Assembly (NCBI GenBank): GCA_963695435.1
Contig: OY968788.1
Coordinates: 280,004-344,003, forward strand
Direction: 5' to 3'
From: an uncultured bacterium
Lineage (GTDB): Bacteria > Patescibacteriota > Kazan-3B-28
DNA length: 64,000 bases
In this document: positions 43,127 through 53,007 of the stretch, in pieces
How positions within the stretch are numbered: position 1 is the stretch's first letter
Layout of the letters: each line of letters starts with the position of its first letter
Translations under genes and position numbers: made by a program
Notes under the pieces: generated by a model
Database searches by the model: none
What the model saw: the letters and a program-made list of their open reading frames with translations, nothing else
Told to the model about the DNA's origin: nothing

Positions 43127-44260
43127 TTACTTCAACAAGCTGGAGTAGACGGATTCGGTTTGTTTGACCATTTTGTCGGCGGTGAATTTTTGGAGAGCTT
43201 GCGGATAGTTGCCGACTAGTTTTCTTTGCAGACGCTTGTCGTTGATTAGATTCAAAATGGCAGCCGAAAGTTTTTTGGGTTGGCGAGGTTCCACCAGAAT
43301 GCCGTTGAGATTATTGGTAATAATTTCAGGAATACCACCAACTCGACTGGCAACAATCGGAACTTCCGCGCGCATAGCTTCAAGTAATGTAATTCCGAAC
43401 GCTTCGGAGAGCGAGGGTAAAACAAATAAATTGAAAGTTTTCATTGCCGGCAAAATATTGTCGATTGTTCCCGCAAACACAACTCTATCTTCCACTTTCA
43501 ATTTCTTTACGAGATTAGTCAGGTCGCGTTTTAGAGGACCCGCGCCAATCAAAACTAATTTTGACTTTGGCCATTTGGCAACAATTCTGGAAAATGCGTG
43601 AATTAGTGTCGTTGTATCTTTTGCAGGATTGAACGAACCGACTGTGCCAATTACAATATCCGTTTTTTCTAATCCAAATTTCTGGCGGAATTTTTCAATA
43701 TCCGCTTCAGCGATTTTCGCTCCTTTGGGATTGATGCCATTGTAAATCATCACGATTTTGTCTGGCTTGGCAATTCTTGCCTCAATCATAAATTTCTTGA
43801 CCGCGTTGCTCACAGCAATAACTTTATCCGTCCAGCGATCGAGTGCCCGCATTGCTCGAAGATGCCCCCAGTAAAGAAGCGGGTTTCCTAATCTAAATTC
43901 CTGTGTGTAGGTGTGTTCGGTGTGAACTTTTTTGATGGGAAGATTTTTCGCTGCCATTCTGCCGACAAGTCCCGCTCGTTGTCCGTGGGTGTGAATAATA
44001 TCTGGGTCGTATTTCTTCAATATTTTCGTAACGGCATTGATGGCATTCATATCCGCTCTTCCGCTCATTGGAATTTGGAAGACAGGGAATTTGAGTTTCT
44101 TAATTTCTGCCACCAATGGCCCCGGCGGACAAATTACGCTGACAACAAATTTGTGGCGGTCGATTCCTTCCAGAAGTGTAAGTAAATGGCGAGGCGCACC
44201 AGTCAAAGAACTATCGGCAATAATCTCGAAAATACTTAGTGTCGTCTTGTTCCGCTTCAT
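43127..44260 (-). CDS. Glycosyltransferase family 4
   Basis: EAFGITLLEAMRAEVPIVASRVGGIPEI, a GT4 EX7E region. Confidence 0.8.
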   Translation of the reverse strand: MKRNKTTLSIFEIIADSSLTGAPRHLLTLLEGIDRHKFVVSVICPPGPLVAEIKKLKFPVFQIPMSGRADMNAINAVTKILKKYDPDIIHTHGQRAGLVGRMAAKNLPIKKVHTEHTYTQEFRLGNPLLYWGHLRAMRALDRWTDKVIAVSNAVKKFMIEARIAKPDKIVMIYNGINPKGAKIAEADIEKFRQKFGLEKTDIVIGTVGSFNPAKDTTTLIHAFSRIVAKWPKSKLVLIGAGPLKRDLTNLVKKLKVEDRVVFAGTIDNILPAMKTFNLFVLPSLSEAFGITLLEAMRAEVPIVASRVGGIPEIITNNLNGILVEPRQPKKLSAAILNLINDKRLQRKLVGNYPQALQKFTADKMVKQTESVYSSLLK

Positions 44261-45595
44261 TTAGACCCCCATTTTATTTATTGCTATTTTGATTCTTGAG
44301 ATAGATTCGTCTTTGCCGAGTGCGGATAATAATTCCACGGGGCTAGGACTGGCATCACGGCCAGATAACGCAACACGAACTGGCCAGAACAAATCCCCCG
44401 GTTGTAATTCATCACCAGCAGTCCCCTCATCCAAAACTTGTTGAAGTTTGGTTTCTGTCCAACTTTTTTCGTCTATCGCCTCCAAAACCTTGAGCGCCGT
44501 TTCCAAACCTTTCATTGTTTGTTCTGGGCTGGATTTTTTAAAAATCAGCAGGGGAGTGTCGTACTCTGGTTGGGCGAAAAAGAAGCTGATGAGGTCGGGG
44601 ATTTCACTTAGGGTTTGAGCGCGGTCCTGGACCAAAGCTAATGCTTTGGTTAGCAGGTCAGCCCTACTTCGCCGAGGCTTCGAAGGGTCTTCGACGGGTT
44701 TTTGGCGGGTTAGCGAAGAAACAAAGGGGGTAGCAAGGGCGATGTATTCGTCCAAACTTTTTTGCATCAGATAGTGGTGGTTTAGGTGGTTCAAGTGTTT
44801 GACATCAAATACTGCAGCTCCTTTTTGAACACGGGACAAATCGAAAGATTTAATAATTTCATCTAGTGTTAGAAATTCGCGATTTTCAGGGTCAGACCAG
44901 CCGAGCTGTACCAAAAAGTTTATTAGCGCTTCGGGCAAATATCCTGCTTGGCGATAGTCGTCAAAATCGACATCACTAAAACGCTTGCTCATTTTGGTGC
45001 GGTCAGGATTTAGAATCAGCGGAATATGCGCAAACTTTGGCGGAGTCGCATCCAGCGCTTCATACAACAAAATATGTTTGGGAGTGTTGCTAAGATGATC
45101 CTCTCCGCGAATAACATGAGTGATTTTCATTTCGATATCGTCCACTACATTCGCAAAATGGAAAGTAGGCGAACCATCTTTCTTGAATAAGACTAAATCA
45201 TCAAAATCTTTACTTTCGAATTCGACTTGGCCACGAACAATATCATCAACAACAATTTTTTTATTCTCAACTGGAATTTTGAAATAGACTCCCCCATCAG
45301 ATTCGTAAATTAGTCCCCTATCGGTCAATTTTTTCAAAGCGGATTGATATGAATTTTCGCGTTTGCTTTGATAGTAAATTTCATCAGCCTCAAGGCCGAG
45401 CCATTTTATCCCCGCTAAAATGTTCTCTTCGAAAACTTTTTGGCTTCTTTCTTTGTCTGTATCTTCAAATCGTAAAACGAATACTCCCCCGCTTTTCTTT
45501 GCGTATAGATAATTGAAGAGTGCTGTTCTGGCACTCCCGATGTGTAGTGGTCCCGTAGGACTCGGCGCAAATCTGACCCGTACTTTTTCTCCCAT
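44261..45595 (-). CDS. gltX: Glutamyl-tRNA synthetase
   Basis: HIGS (PLHIGSART) and KMSKR motifs. Confidence 0.92.
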   Translation of the reverse strand: MGEKVRVRFAPSPTGPLHIGSARTALFNYLYAKKSGGVFVLRFEDTDKERSQKVFEENILAGIKWLGLEADEIYYQSKRENSYQSALKKLTDRGLIYESDGGVYFKIPVENKKIVVDDIVRGQVEFESKDFDDLVLFKKDGSPTFHFANVVDDIEMKITHVIRGEDHLSNTPKHILLYEALDATPPKFAHIPLILNPDRTKMSKRFSDVDFDDYRQAGYLPEALINFLVQLGWSDPENREFLTLDEIIKSFDLSRVQKGAAVFDVKHLNHLNHHYLMQKSLDEYIALATPFVSSLTRQKPVEDPSKPRRSRADLLTKALALVQDRAQTLSEIPDLISFFFAQPEYDTPLLIFKKSSPEQTMKGLETALKVLEAIDEKSWTETKLQQVLDEGTAGDELQPGDLFWPVRVALSGRDASPSPVELLSALGKDESISRIKIAINKMGV

Positions 45596-45652
45596 ACTTA
45601 TATTTTAGCACGGGAGGTTTATAGTGTCGGATAGGAAAATAGATGCGAAAAA

Positions 45653-45671
45653 GGGGCGCTTGTGGCGCCCC
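45653..45671 (-). terminator. Hairpin terminator for the 45713..46654 gene
   Basis: ggggcgc-ttgtg-gcgcccc, with A5 upstream on the plus strand, i.e. T5 after the stem on the minus strand. Confidence 0.5.
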
Positions 45672-45712
45672 CTGCAGGAAATTTAACCCTCCTGCGGGTA
45701 TTAAGTTACAAA

Positions 45713-46654
45713 CTACGCAACGGTCGGACCTTTTCTCCTGGATGAAAAGGCTACAACGAGACCAAGTATGGGATGTGGCGTGTCATCTCCATTTAAGGCA
45801 GAGAATTGAATATACCCCTTGGCGGAGCAATAGCAGTGCAAAGCGTACCTCTTGCCAAAAAGGGGGTCAAAAAGCTCATCGCCATAACACCCAACAAAGA
45901 GGCTTCGGGATGTTTCTAATCGCTCTGGCATCGTAATCAAAAGACAGAGCATTTGAATAGAAACCAGAGGAAGATTGCCACCTTTCAATATGTCCCACTT
46001 AGCAGCTCTGGCACTCCATCCAGCATAAAGATTACCAAAGTTGAATGGTAAAACTAGGACATCTCCAGAGTTACTATCCTCGAGTTGTGTAAGAATATCC
46101 CGCACATCTCGATCAATGCGGTAATATTCCCTGTTGTCTTCAGGTGAGGAAGACTTGGGATCAAATCTTACTCTCAACGATTTGAGGCTTGGCGATTTTT
46201 CAAGAAACAAATCAACCAAATGGTCGTACCCTTCATATCCATCTTCATAGGGGTTTTCCACGCCGAAAAATTTTCCCAGAAAGGAAATCTTGGGTATAAC
46301 CGCAATGCCGTCATCAAATCTGTGATCACAGCCGATGTATCGAACTAGATAGTCGACACGTGAGAGATTGATACCCGGAAATTCCTTGGCTAACTTAGCT
46401 ACTTGTTCATTGACACTTTTTGCTCGCCACCCTTTCGGGTAGTACAGGGTTTGCCTAATCCATTCTGCGGCAAAAGGATTAAGGTCGAGCAATTCATTAA
46501 GAAGCTTGGCAACCCCTTCCTTGAAGGCCTTAACCTTACTGGAACTGTCGATGAACTGCTGGGCTTTGAAATCAGGGATACAAAGAGTCCTGATAACTTG
46601 AACCACAAAACCAGTGATCTGGGTCAGTTTGCTGGCTTTAATCAGAGATCTCAT
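45713..46654 (-). CDS. Hypothetical protein with a Cys-rich C-terminus, in a glycosyltransferase neighbourhood
   Basis: AAGGAGG-N7-ATG RBS, start at MRSLIKAS; 313 aa; no motif recognised. Confidence 0.6.
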   Translation of the reverse strand: MRSLIKASKLTQITGFVVQVIRTLCIPDFKAQQFIDSSSKVKAFKEGVAKLLNELLDLNPFAAEWIRQTLYYPKGWRAKSVNEQVAKLAKEFPGINLSRVDYLVRYIGCDHRFDDGIAVIPKISFLGKFFGVENPYEDGYEGYDHLVDLFLEKSPSLKSLRVRFDPKSSSPEDNREYYRIDRDVRDILTQLEDSNSGDVLVLPFNFGNLYAGWSARAAKWDILKGGNLPLVSIQMLCLLITMPERLETSRSLFVGCYGDELFDPLFGKRYALHCYCSAKGYIQFSALNGDDTPHPILGLVVAFSSRRKGPTVA

Positions 46655-46822
46655 CTGAGATCCTCCTTTTGTCAATACGACTTCCCACGAGGTGCCGGTT
46701 ATCCGGACTTGTGTTATACCTCCTTGAGCGTCGTGTTAGGACATTCCTAACGACGTGAACGTACTACTAAAACATCTTCTTTGTCAAAGAATTATATTTT
46801 TCTAAAGCAGCTTTTTACTCGG

Positions 46823-47686
46823 TTAACTCGAGGAGAGTTTGTGGTGGCGGATGGCACGGACGAAGCCGATGGTGGCGGTTTTTATTCTGTCCTTACGCCA
46901 TGGCTGAGTGAGATAGCGCCAAAGCCACTCTAACCCCCTGTTGCGTACCCATTCGGGCGCTCTTTTGGCGGGAGACGCTTCCACGCCAGAGTTGATGGCA
47001 GTGGCACCAGCGATGAAATCTAGTGCGCCTCCGATGCCAATAGCAATAACATCTTGAAGTTTAGGAAGTTCATCACGCATCCAGCGCATTTGTTCTTCGG
47101 CTGGAAATGCCAGAAAAATAAATTGAGGTTTGGTTTGTTGGATTGCCCGAATCACATCTTCCTGTGGTTCATAAGGAGGTCCTACCATTACTTCAACAAC
47201 ATTGAGTCGTGGATAAAGTGTTTGCATTACTCGCGCGGCTTTGAGAGCGACACCGGGACCGGCACCGAGTAAAAATATTCTGTAATCGCGTTCGCTGGCG
47301 AGTTTGGCAATTTCCCAAACCATATCCGCGCCTGTGAGGCGTTCGGGAATAACATTTAAAGTTTTTGGTGCCAGAACAACTGCCGATAATGTAAAAAATG
47401 CTTGGAGAGGTTCTTGAATTTGGCGAAGAATTGGGATTTTTGTCAGTGGAAGTGAAAGATATTTCCCCGCCCACTGCAAACCAACGCCGTCAGCTAGACT
47501 TAGACTGGCGTTGTTCAAAATTTCTTTAAATTGCGGATGGGACTGCGCGTGCATTATCATTTCGGGATTGGGAGTGACAATGTAATAATTCTGACGACCA
47601 CGAACTAAATCAACGATTCGGTGAAGTGCCTGCGGTAATGTCAGGCAGTCGATTTTTACTCCTAGGATTTCGGTGGTTTTTTCCAT
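46823..47686 (-). CDS. WecB/TagA/CpsF family (GT26) glycosyltransferase
   Basis: MEKTTEILGVKIDCLTLPQA...YYIVTPNPEMIM is typical of the TagA/WecG family. Confidence 0.8.
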   Translation of the reverse strand: MEKTTEILGVKIDCLTLPQALHRIVDLVRGRQNYYIVTPNPEMIMHAQSHPQFKEILNNASLSLADGVGLQWAGKYLSLPLTKIPILRQIQEPLQAFFTLSAVVLAPKTLNVIPERLTGADMVWEIAKLASERDYRIFLLGAGPGVALKAARVMQTLYPRLNVVEVMVGPPYEPQEDVIRAIQQTKPQFIFLAFPAEEQMRWMRDELPKLQDVIAIGIGGALDFIAGATAINSGVEASPAKRAPEWVRNRGLEWLWRYLTQPWRKDRIKTATIGFVRAIRHHKLSSS

Positions 47687-47694
47687 AAGTGTTT

Positions 47695-47833
47695 TGTCAT
47701 TCTGAATGTAATGAAGAATCTATGAAATATTATGTTGTAGACCCTTCGGCCGCCACGGCGACCTCGAGGATGACAGAGAGAGGTAGATCCTGAATCAAGT
47801 TCAGGATGGCAGGGGGGAGGTTCAGGATGACGG
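47695..47833. repeat. Intergenic palindromic repeat, copy D, a composite with a duplicated right end
   Basis: TGTCATTCTGAATGTAATGAAGAATCTATG...CCTCGAGGATGACAGAGAGAGGTAGATCCTGAATCAAGTTCAGGATGG...TTCAGGATGACGG. Confidence 0.7.
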
Positions 47834-47870
47834 AGAAAATGGATGCACAATTAGGAGAACGGCCGTTTAG

Positions 47871-48980
47871 CTAATTGTGTGGGTGTTTTGAGGACCAAAG
47901 TTTATCAACAAGGTTTTTGATTTCAGATTGGAAGCGAGGACGGCTAAAGTTTTGCGCATGAGCAGAAATAGCTTCAGGGCTAAACTCCCCTTCCCTACTG
48001 ATAAAATTCTGAATGGCTTGTTTTAAACTTTCGACAGTTGGCTCGTTGAAAAATAATCCTGTCTTCCCCTCAACTACAGTTTCAAGCAAACCTCCTTTGC
48101 CATACGCGATAACTGGCTTTCCCGCTGACATCGCCTCTACTGGTACGATTCCAAAATCTTCTTCACCGGGAAAAATGAGCGCACGAGAGTTGCGGATATA
48201 TTCAAACTTCCGACTATCATCCATCCAGCCTAAAAATGTAATGTTTTCGTTGCCAAGTTTTTTTAAATCGGCTTCTGCTTCTCCGCTTCCGATAACTACT
48301 AACTGCAAATTCAATTCCTTGCACGCCTGAACTGCCAAATCTATCCGCTTGTATTGGCTAAGACGGGAAAGTGCCAGAAAGTAATTTTTGTGTTCGTGAC
48401 TGACAGTAATTTTGTCCGTATCAACTGGCGGATAGATTACCTGCGAATCTCGACGGTAATATTTTTGGATTCTTTTTTGAACATGCTTGGAGTTAGCGAC
48501 AAAATAATCCACTCGGGAAACGCCCAAGCGATCCCAGATGCGTAATTTGTGCAGAATATTGATAACGATTCCCTTGGCTGGCCAGAAAAGTTTTTGACCC
48601 GCTAAATAGCTGTGCCAAGCATCCCAAACATAGCGCATTGGCGAATTGTTATAACACATGTGAATCGTTTCTGGTTTTGTAAGAATATTTTTGGAAAAAG
48701 AGTGACTATTGGAGATAACAATATCAAAATTGTCGAAATTGAAGCTTTCAATCGCGAGAGGATAAAAAGGCAATAAAAATTTAGTAGGGAGCCAGCTCCA
48801 CTTTTGCAAATATGAAGTAATAATTTTTTTGTTGTAAAAATGAGGGTCGAGTTTTTTGTCGTAAGTTAGGGTGTAGATTGGTGCTTCAGGATAAATCTCG
48901 CTGATTGCCAACAATACCCGCTCGGCACCACCAAGAGTTTGTAGGAAATCATGCACAATGGCTATTTTGGGATTTGTCAT
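47871..48980 (-). CDS. Glycosyltransferase family 4
   Basis: GGAERVLL N-domain and FPGEEDFGIVPVEAMSAGKPVIAY C-domain. Start at MTNPKIAIVHDF, overlapping the upstream stop as ATGA. Confidence 0.8.
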   Translation of the reverse strand: MTNPKIAIVHDFLQTLGGAERVLLAISEIYPEAPIYTLTYDKKLDPHFYNKKIITSYLQKWSWLPTKFLLPFYPLAIESFNFDNFDIVISNSHSFSKNILTKPETIHMCYNNSPMRYVWDAWHSYLAGQKLFWPAKGIVINILHKLRIWDRLGVSRVDYFVANSKHVQKRIQKYYRRDSQVIYPPVDTDKITVSHEHKNYFLALSRLSQYKRIDLAVQACKELNLQLVVIGSGEAEADLKKLGNENITFLGWMDDSRKFEYIRNSRALIFPGEEDFGIVPVEAMSAGKPVIAYGKGGLLETVVEGKTGLFFNEPTVESLKQAIQNFISREGEFSPEAISAHAQNFSRPRFQSEIKNLVDKLWSSKHPHN

Positions 48981-50044
48981 AGAGATTTGATAACTTCGAT
49001 TAGTTTTTCGGCAGAAGCTTCCCAAGAATATTGTTTCAATCTTTCAGCGCCTTTCTCTATAAGTTTGGCGCGAAGATCAGGATCTTCTAAAAGTTGAACT
49101 AACGCATGACTCATGGCGACTGTGTCAGTTGGCTCGACCAACAAAGCGGAGTCACCTGCCACTTCGGCAACGGCGGGAGTATTGGAGGCAACTAACGGAA
49201 CGCCATAGTGAAATGCTTCTAGCACTGGAAGACCGAATCCTTCGTAAAGCGAAGGGAATAAAGCAACGCGAGCATGAGCGTATAAATTTGCCAAAACTTT
49301 TTCTTCTGCAAATCCGACAAATTGAATTCGATTCGCTAACCCTAACTGACTGGCGAGAGCTTTGGCTTCTCCAGCCTGGTAACCATCGCTTCCGACAAAA
49401 ATAAGTTGAAGTTTTGGATATTGATTTGCGATAAGCGCAAATGCTTTGACTGCGGTGGTAGGATTTTTGCGTGCTTCAACTCTTCCGACTACTAAAATAT
49501 AGTCGCCTAAAATATATGGAATTGGAGTGGCGATTGGTAAATTGGGCAATGCATTTGGGATAACGGCAACTTTACTTTCTGACAAACTAAACTTTTTTAT
49601 TAAATCTTGCTTGGTTTGTTCGCTAACGGTAATGATTTTGCTGGCTGTTTGAACAGCGCGACCAACTGTCAGGAATGAACGCAGGCGGGAAGCCCATGAA
49701 TAACTTTTTGGAAAATGCAGGAAGGCTAAGTCATGCACCGTAGCCAGACTTTTGGCGGGCAAATTGGCGGGGAGAGTGTTGCTGGGCGACCAGAATAAGT
49801 CCAAGTTGTCTTTACCGATGGCGGGGGCGAGACTTCGCCAAGTCCACCAGCGACGAGCCGGCAGTACTCGGTTCTCCACATTAGCAAATCGAGCCCAGCT
49901 GGGGGCAAGGGGTTCGGGAGTATACAAAAGGTACTGATTGCCCCTATCCTGCCCAAAAAGCGCCTCGAGGAGCTCTCTGGTGACCCTTTCCACTCCCGTG
50001 GGCTGTTTATGAATTAGCGCCGTGGCGTCTATACCTATTCTCAT
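48977..50044 (-). CDS. Glycosyltransferase family 4
   Basis: FPSLYEGFGLPVLEAFHYGVPLVASNT. Confidence 0.8.
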   Translation of the reverse strand: MRIGIDATALIHKQPTGVERVTRELLEALFGQDRGNQYLLYTPEPLAPSWARFANVENRVLPARRWWTWRSLAPAIGKDNLDLFWSPSNTLPANLPAKSLATVHDLAFLHFPKSYSWASRLRSFLTVGRAVQTASKIITVSEQTKQDLIKKFSLSESKVAVIPNALPNLPIATPIPYILGDYILVVGRVEARKNPTTAVKAFALIANQYPKLQLIFVGSDGYQAGEAKALASQLGLANRIQFVGFAEEKVLANLYAHARVALFPSLYEGFGLPVLEAFHYGVPLVASNTPAVAEVAGDSALLVEPTDTVAMSHALVQLLEDPDLRAKLIEKGAERLKQYSWEASAEKLIEVIKSL

Positions 50045-50227
50045 CCCGCTAGAAATCTTAGCTTGATATAACTCATATCTGGTTCATCTTGGTTCAGACT
50101 GCCCGTTTTCTAGATTTCTTACGGGACAGGTATCTTATATTTGGCAGTTATCCCCTTCTTCAATTATGATGGTGAAGACTCACTGTAACAACTGGACCCT
50201 CCAGATGTACAGTATTCTTCATTGTAG

Positions 50228-50734
50228 ATGATTATGTCCCGCAACAAGAACCTGCCCACCATTATTGCCTACATTATCGCTGACACCATCTTTGTGCTGG
50301 TGGCGGCTTGGGCTGTGATGTATGCCACCGGCTATCGAGTGGACTTCCAAGACTGGAGCATCCATAAGACCGGTGTGCTAGCAATTACAACCAAACCCAA
50401 CGGGGCGGATGTTTACATAAACGATAAAAAGTATGCTCGCAAAACTCCTATCACTTTGCGCAATATGCTACCGGGAGATTACGCGATTAAAATATCGCTG
50501 GAGGGATACCGGCCTTTCAATAAAACAATCAAGATAGTTTCTCGCGAAGTGACAGAAGAACACAATTTGGACTTGGTGTTAGAGAATATTGTACCTAAAA
50601 CTTTGGTGCAGGATGTCGGGAAAATGATTTTGGCGGGTAACGAACCAATTTATTTCAGCAAGCAACGACAGTTTGTGAAATTGGTGAATGAAAAAGTGTG
50701 CCACTCAATTTCGACAGGTTGCCGACCAATGTGA
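50228..50734 (+). CDS. PEGA-domain membrane protein; N-terminal part of a probably frameshifted gene
   Basis: N-terminal TM plus a PEGA domain (GADVYINDKKY...PGDYAIKISLEGYRPF). The reading frame is lost at the A5 run at 50691-50695. Confidence 0.6.
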   Translation: MIMSRNKNLPTIIAYIIADTIFVLVAAWAVMYATGYRVDFQDWSIHKTGVLAITTKPNGADVYINDKKYARKTPITLRNMLPGDYAIKISLEGYRPFNKTIKIVSREVTEEHNLDLVLENIVPKTLVQDVGKMILAGNEPIYFSKQRQFVKLVNEKVCHSISTGCRPM

Positions 50735-51675
50735 AAAGCGTGCTTCAGGCAGCTACGGATATTTATCTTGCAAAGAAATTCGATAGCGGAAACGCCTTGG
50801 CGTTGGGAGTAATCGCGAACGGTAGAAAGTGGCTGGTAATTATTGACTTGCAAGAAGGATACCGCGGACAATTATTTGCCTCGCCCCTAAACCAACTGAC
50901 AGCGGAAAAATTGACTTGGATGGACAATAACAAATTCATCGGGCTAGTGGGATCTTCTATTTATGCAGTCGATTTGGTGCAGAACAAGATAAATCTTTAC
51001 ATAAAAAATGCGCTGGGGGCGGATTACCAAAACAGCAAACTGTATTACGCCGTACGGGGGGCTAACGGCAGTATAAGCCTGATGTGGGATAGTAATCTGT
51101 TTGACGAAAAACCAGCCGAACAACTGCTGGCGGGACTTTCTGTTGGAAAAAGTTTTGATGTTGTGTTTATCAACGAAGAACGAATTGTTTTGACTACTGA
51201 TAATGCGGGAGTAAAAGGATTGTGGCTGGGGGAACTGAAACAACAGGACGGCAAACTTGTTGCTACCTGGACAAAGGTTGCCAGTAATGTGAGTGGTGTT
51301 GCATATGAACACCACAATCTGAAGCCGAAATTATTATTTACGAGCGGTAAGGTACTGGGCGATTATGATTTTGTCACTAAACAAACCGAGGTCTTGCATA
51401 CCTTCGCTCAAAATGTTCAGTTGCTCGCAAAAGTGGAAGAAAGTTTATTCCTAAACACCGATTCAAAACTAACAGTCAGTGACATCGCGGGAGTGAACAA
51501 CTATGAAATCGGCAACATCGCTGGCGCTAGCGTTCTATTTGGCGATGATTCGCGCAAAGTGTGGATTCTGCGTGGTGGTGAACTAATCGAATGGAAATTG
51601 CGTGATACCGGTTCGGGTATCTTTGGTAGTCTCACAAATTGGCCGATGAGTCTCGTTAGTACAATGGCAGGATAG
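50698..51675 (+). CDS. Beta-propeller-like domain; C-terminal part of the PEGA protein in a different frame
   Basis: Overlaps the PEGA ORF by 37 nt. A single indel of one base at the A5 run would fuse the two. Confidence 0.5.
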   Translation: MPLNFDRLPTNVKSVLQAATDIYLAKKFDSGNALALGVIANGRKWLVIIDLQEGYRGQLFASPLNQLTAEKLTWMDNNKFIGLVGSSIYAVDLVQNKINLYIKNALGADYQNSKLYYAVRGANGSISLMWDSNLFDEKPAEQLLAGLSVGKSFDVVFINEERIVLTTDNAGVKGLWLGELKQQDGKLVATWTKVASNVSGVAYEHHNLKPKLLFTSGKVLGDYDFVTKQTEVLHTFAQNVQLLAKVEESLFLNTDSKLTVSDIAGVNNYEIGNIAGASVLFGDDSRKVWILRGGELIEWKLRDTGSGIFGSLTNWPMSLVSTMAG

Positions 51676-52444
51676 TAGGAGGTTTGGGCAATTCGCTCGC
51701 TCCACCAAAATCATCTCCTTTCACCTCGGGCTGACTAATCAGCTCTCCTTGTATTACCAAACGACGAAGATTGGTACCGACTGGTGTGCATGTCATTAGA
51801 GTGATGGTTGGCTCGGCAGTCTGCGCCAAAATCTCCACCTGACTGGGCTGGACGACAAAATTTTTATTTACCCGATAGACAAATTTTTTACTTTGATAAT
51901 AAATATAAACCAAATCGCCTTCGGTTAGTTTGTTGAGGTTGGCAAAAACTTGATTATATTTTCCACCGCTCCACCAGTAATATGAGCTGTGACCGGTTAG
52001 AAAAGTATTGCCGTTTTGCCCCGGCATTGCGGTGTCGAAATAATGTCCGACACCATTTTGGATTTCTTCAATAATTGTGGTGTTGTCAGTAGTATTCAAA
52101 TAAATAATCGGCGCGTCAACATTGATTTTGGGGATTACGATGCTGTCTTGGGCAAATAATGATGTTCGCTGATCAAAAAGAGTGGTGACATTGTTGATGT
52201 TGGCGGTGTTGTTATCGACCGCAACTGGCAAATCGTATTTATCCGAATAATTATTGGTCGGTTTGCTCCACAAATAAGACAGCTGGGAATAATAGGTCGG
52301 TCCCATTACAATCAGCACGAGAACGGCGAAGAAGAAAACAAATAACCCCAGGAATTTCAAAACTTCCACCCACCACCTGCGCGGTTGATGTTGCGGGTTG
52401 GCGACAAACCAGTTAGATTGGGGCTGACTAGGGAGAGTGTACAT
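51656..52444 (-). CDS. Sortase family transpeptidase
   Basis: N-terminal TM; catalytic His (TGHSSYYW) and a TLxTC motif (TLMTCTP). Confidence 0.8.
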   Translation of the reverse strand: MYTLPSQPQSNWFVANPQHQPRRWWVEVLKFLGLFVFFFAVLVLIVMGPTYYSQLSYLWSKPTNNYSDKYDLPVAVDNNTANINNVTTLFDQRTSLFAQDSIVIPKINVDAPIIYLNTTDNTTIIEEIQNGVGHYFDTAMPGQNGNTFLTGHSSYYWWSGGKYNQVFANLNKLTEGDLVYIYYQSKKFVYRVNKNFVVQPSQVEILAQTAEPTITLMTCTPVGTNLRRLVIQGELISQPEVKGDDFGGASELPKPPTILPLY

Positions 52445-52490
52445 CTAGATAGACAAATGGACGATAGACTAATGGACAAATAGACAAAAC
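52445..52490. repeat. Tandem GTCTAT/GTCCAT heptamer array abutting the sortase start codon
   Basis: On the sortase strand, TTGTCTATTTGTCCATTAGTCTATCGTCCATTTGTCTATCTAG is immediately followed by ATG. Confidence 0.6.
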
Positions 52491-52496
52491 AAGAAA

Positions 52497-52895
52497 CTAG
52501 GAGATTTTTTGGGAGAGTTGTTCGTAAGTGAGGGCTCCTGACTCATGGCTGCCATCGGCAAATACCCAAGTTGGGTAGCCTCCGATTTTGGCATCGATGC
52601 AGGCTTGGATTTGTTTGTTGGGGTCTTTGGCGTCAGCACATTCAATATAAGTGACATACTGAAAAGCCGTGCCGAACATTGTTTTTTGTTCCTGACAATG
52701 AGTGCACCAAGAAGCACCATACATTTTGGCGCCTTTGGCAGTAAGAGCTTTTGCCAAAGCAGTCCATTTGTCTTCGACTTGAACTTGATTTTGATCGTTA
52801 GTTGAATTGTTTGAGGGAGTTTTGTGATTAGTTACTGCCAACACAGTAAGAGTTGCGATAATGACTAGCAGAATTAGCCAAGAGATTTTTTTCAT
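52497..52895 (-). CDS. Membrane-anchored thioredoxin-fold thiol-disulfide oxidoreductase
   Basis: N-terminal TM and a WCTHC CxxC motif. Start at MKKISW; the ORF-track extension overlaps tRNA-Leu. Confidence 0.7.
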   Translation of the reverse strand: MKKISWLILLVIIATLTVLAVTNHKTPSNNSTNDQNQVQVEDKWTALAKALTAKGAKMYGASWCTHCQEQKTMFGTAFQYVTYIECADAKDPNKQIQACIDAKIGGYPTWVFADGSHESGALTYEQLSQKIS

Positions 52896-52910
52896 ACTGT
52901 GATTGTAGCA

Positions 52911-52994
52911 TGGTGGCCGAGGAGAGACTCGAACTCTCAAGGGTTGCCCCACACGATTTTGAGTCGTGCGTGTATACCATTCCACCACTCGGCC
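52911..52994 (-). tRNA. tRNA-Leu (anticodon CAA), long variable arm, CCA encoded
   Basis: Acceptor ggccgag/ctcggcc, anticodon stem cacga/tcgtg with loop ctCAAaa, variable stem ggg/ccc, T arm gagag-ttcgagt-ctctc. Confidence 0.85.
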
Positions 52995-53007
52995 TTGTCA
53001 GAATAAA

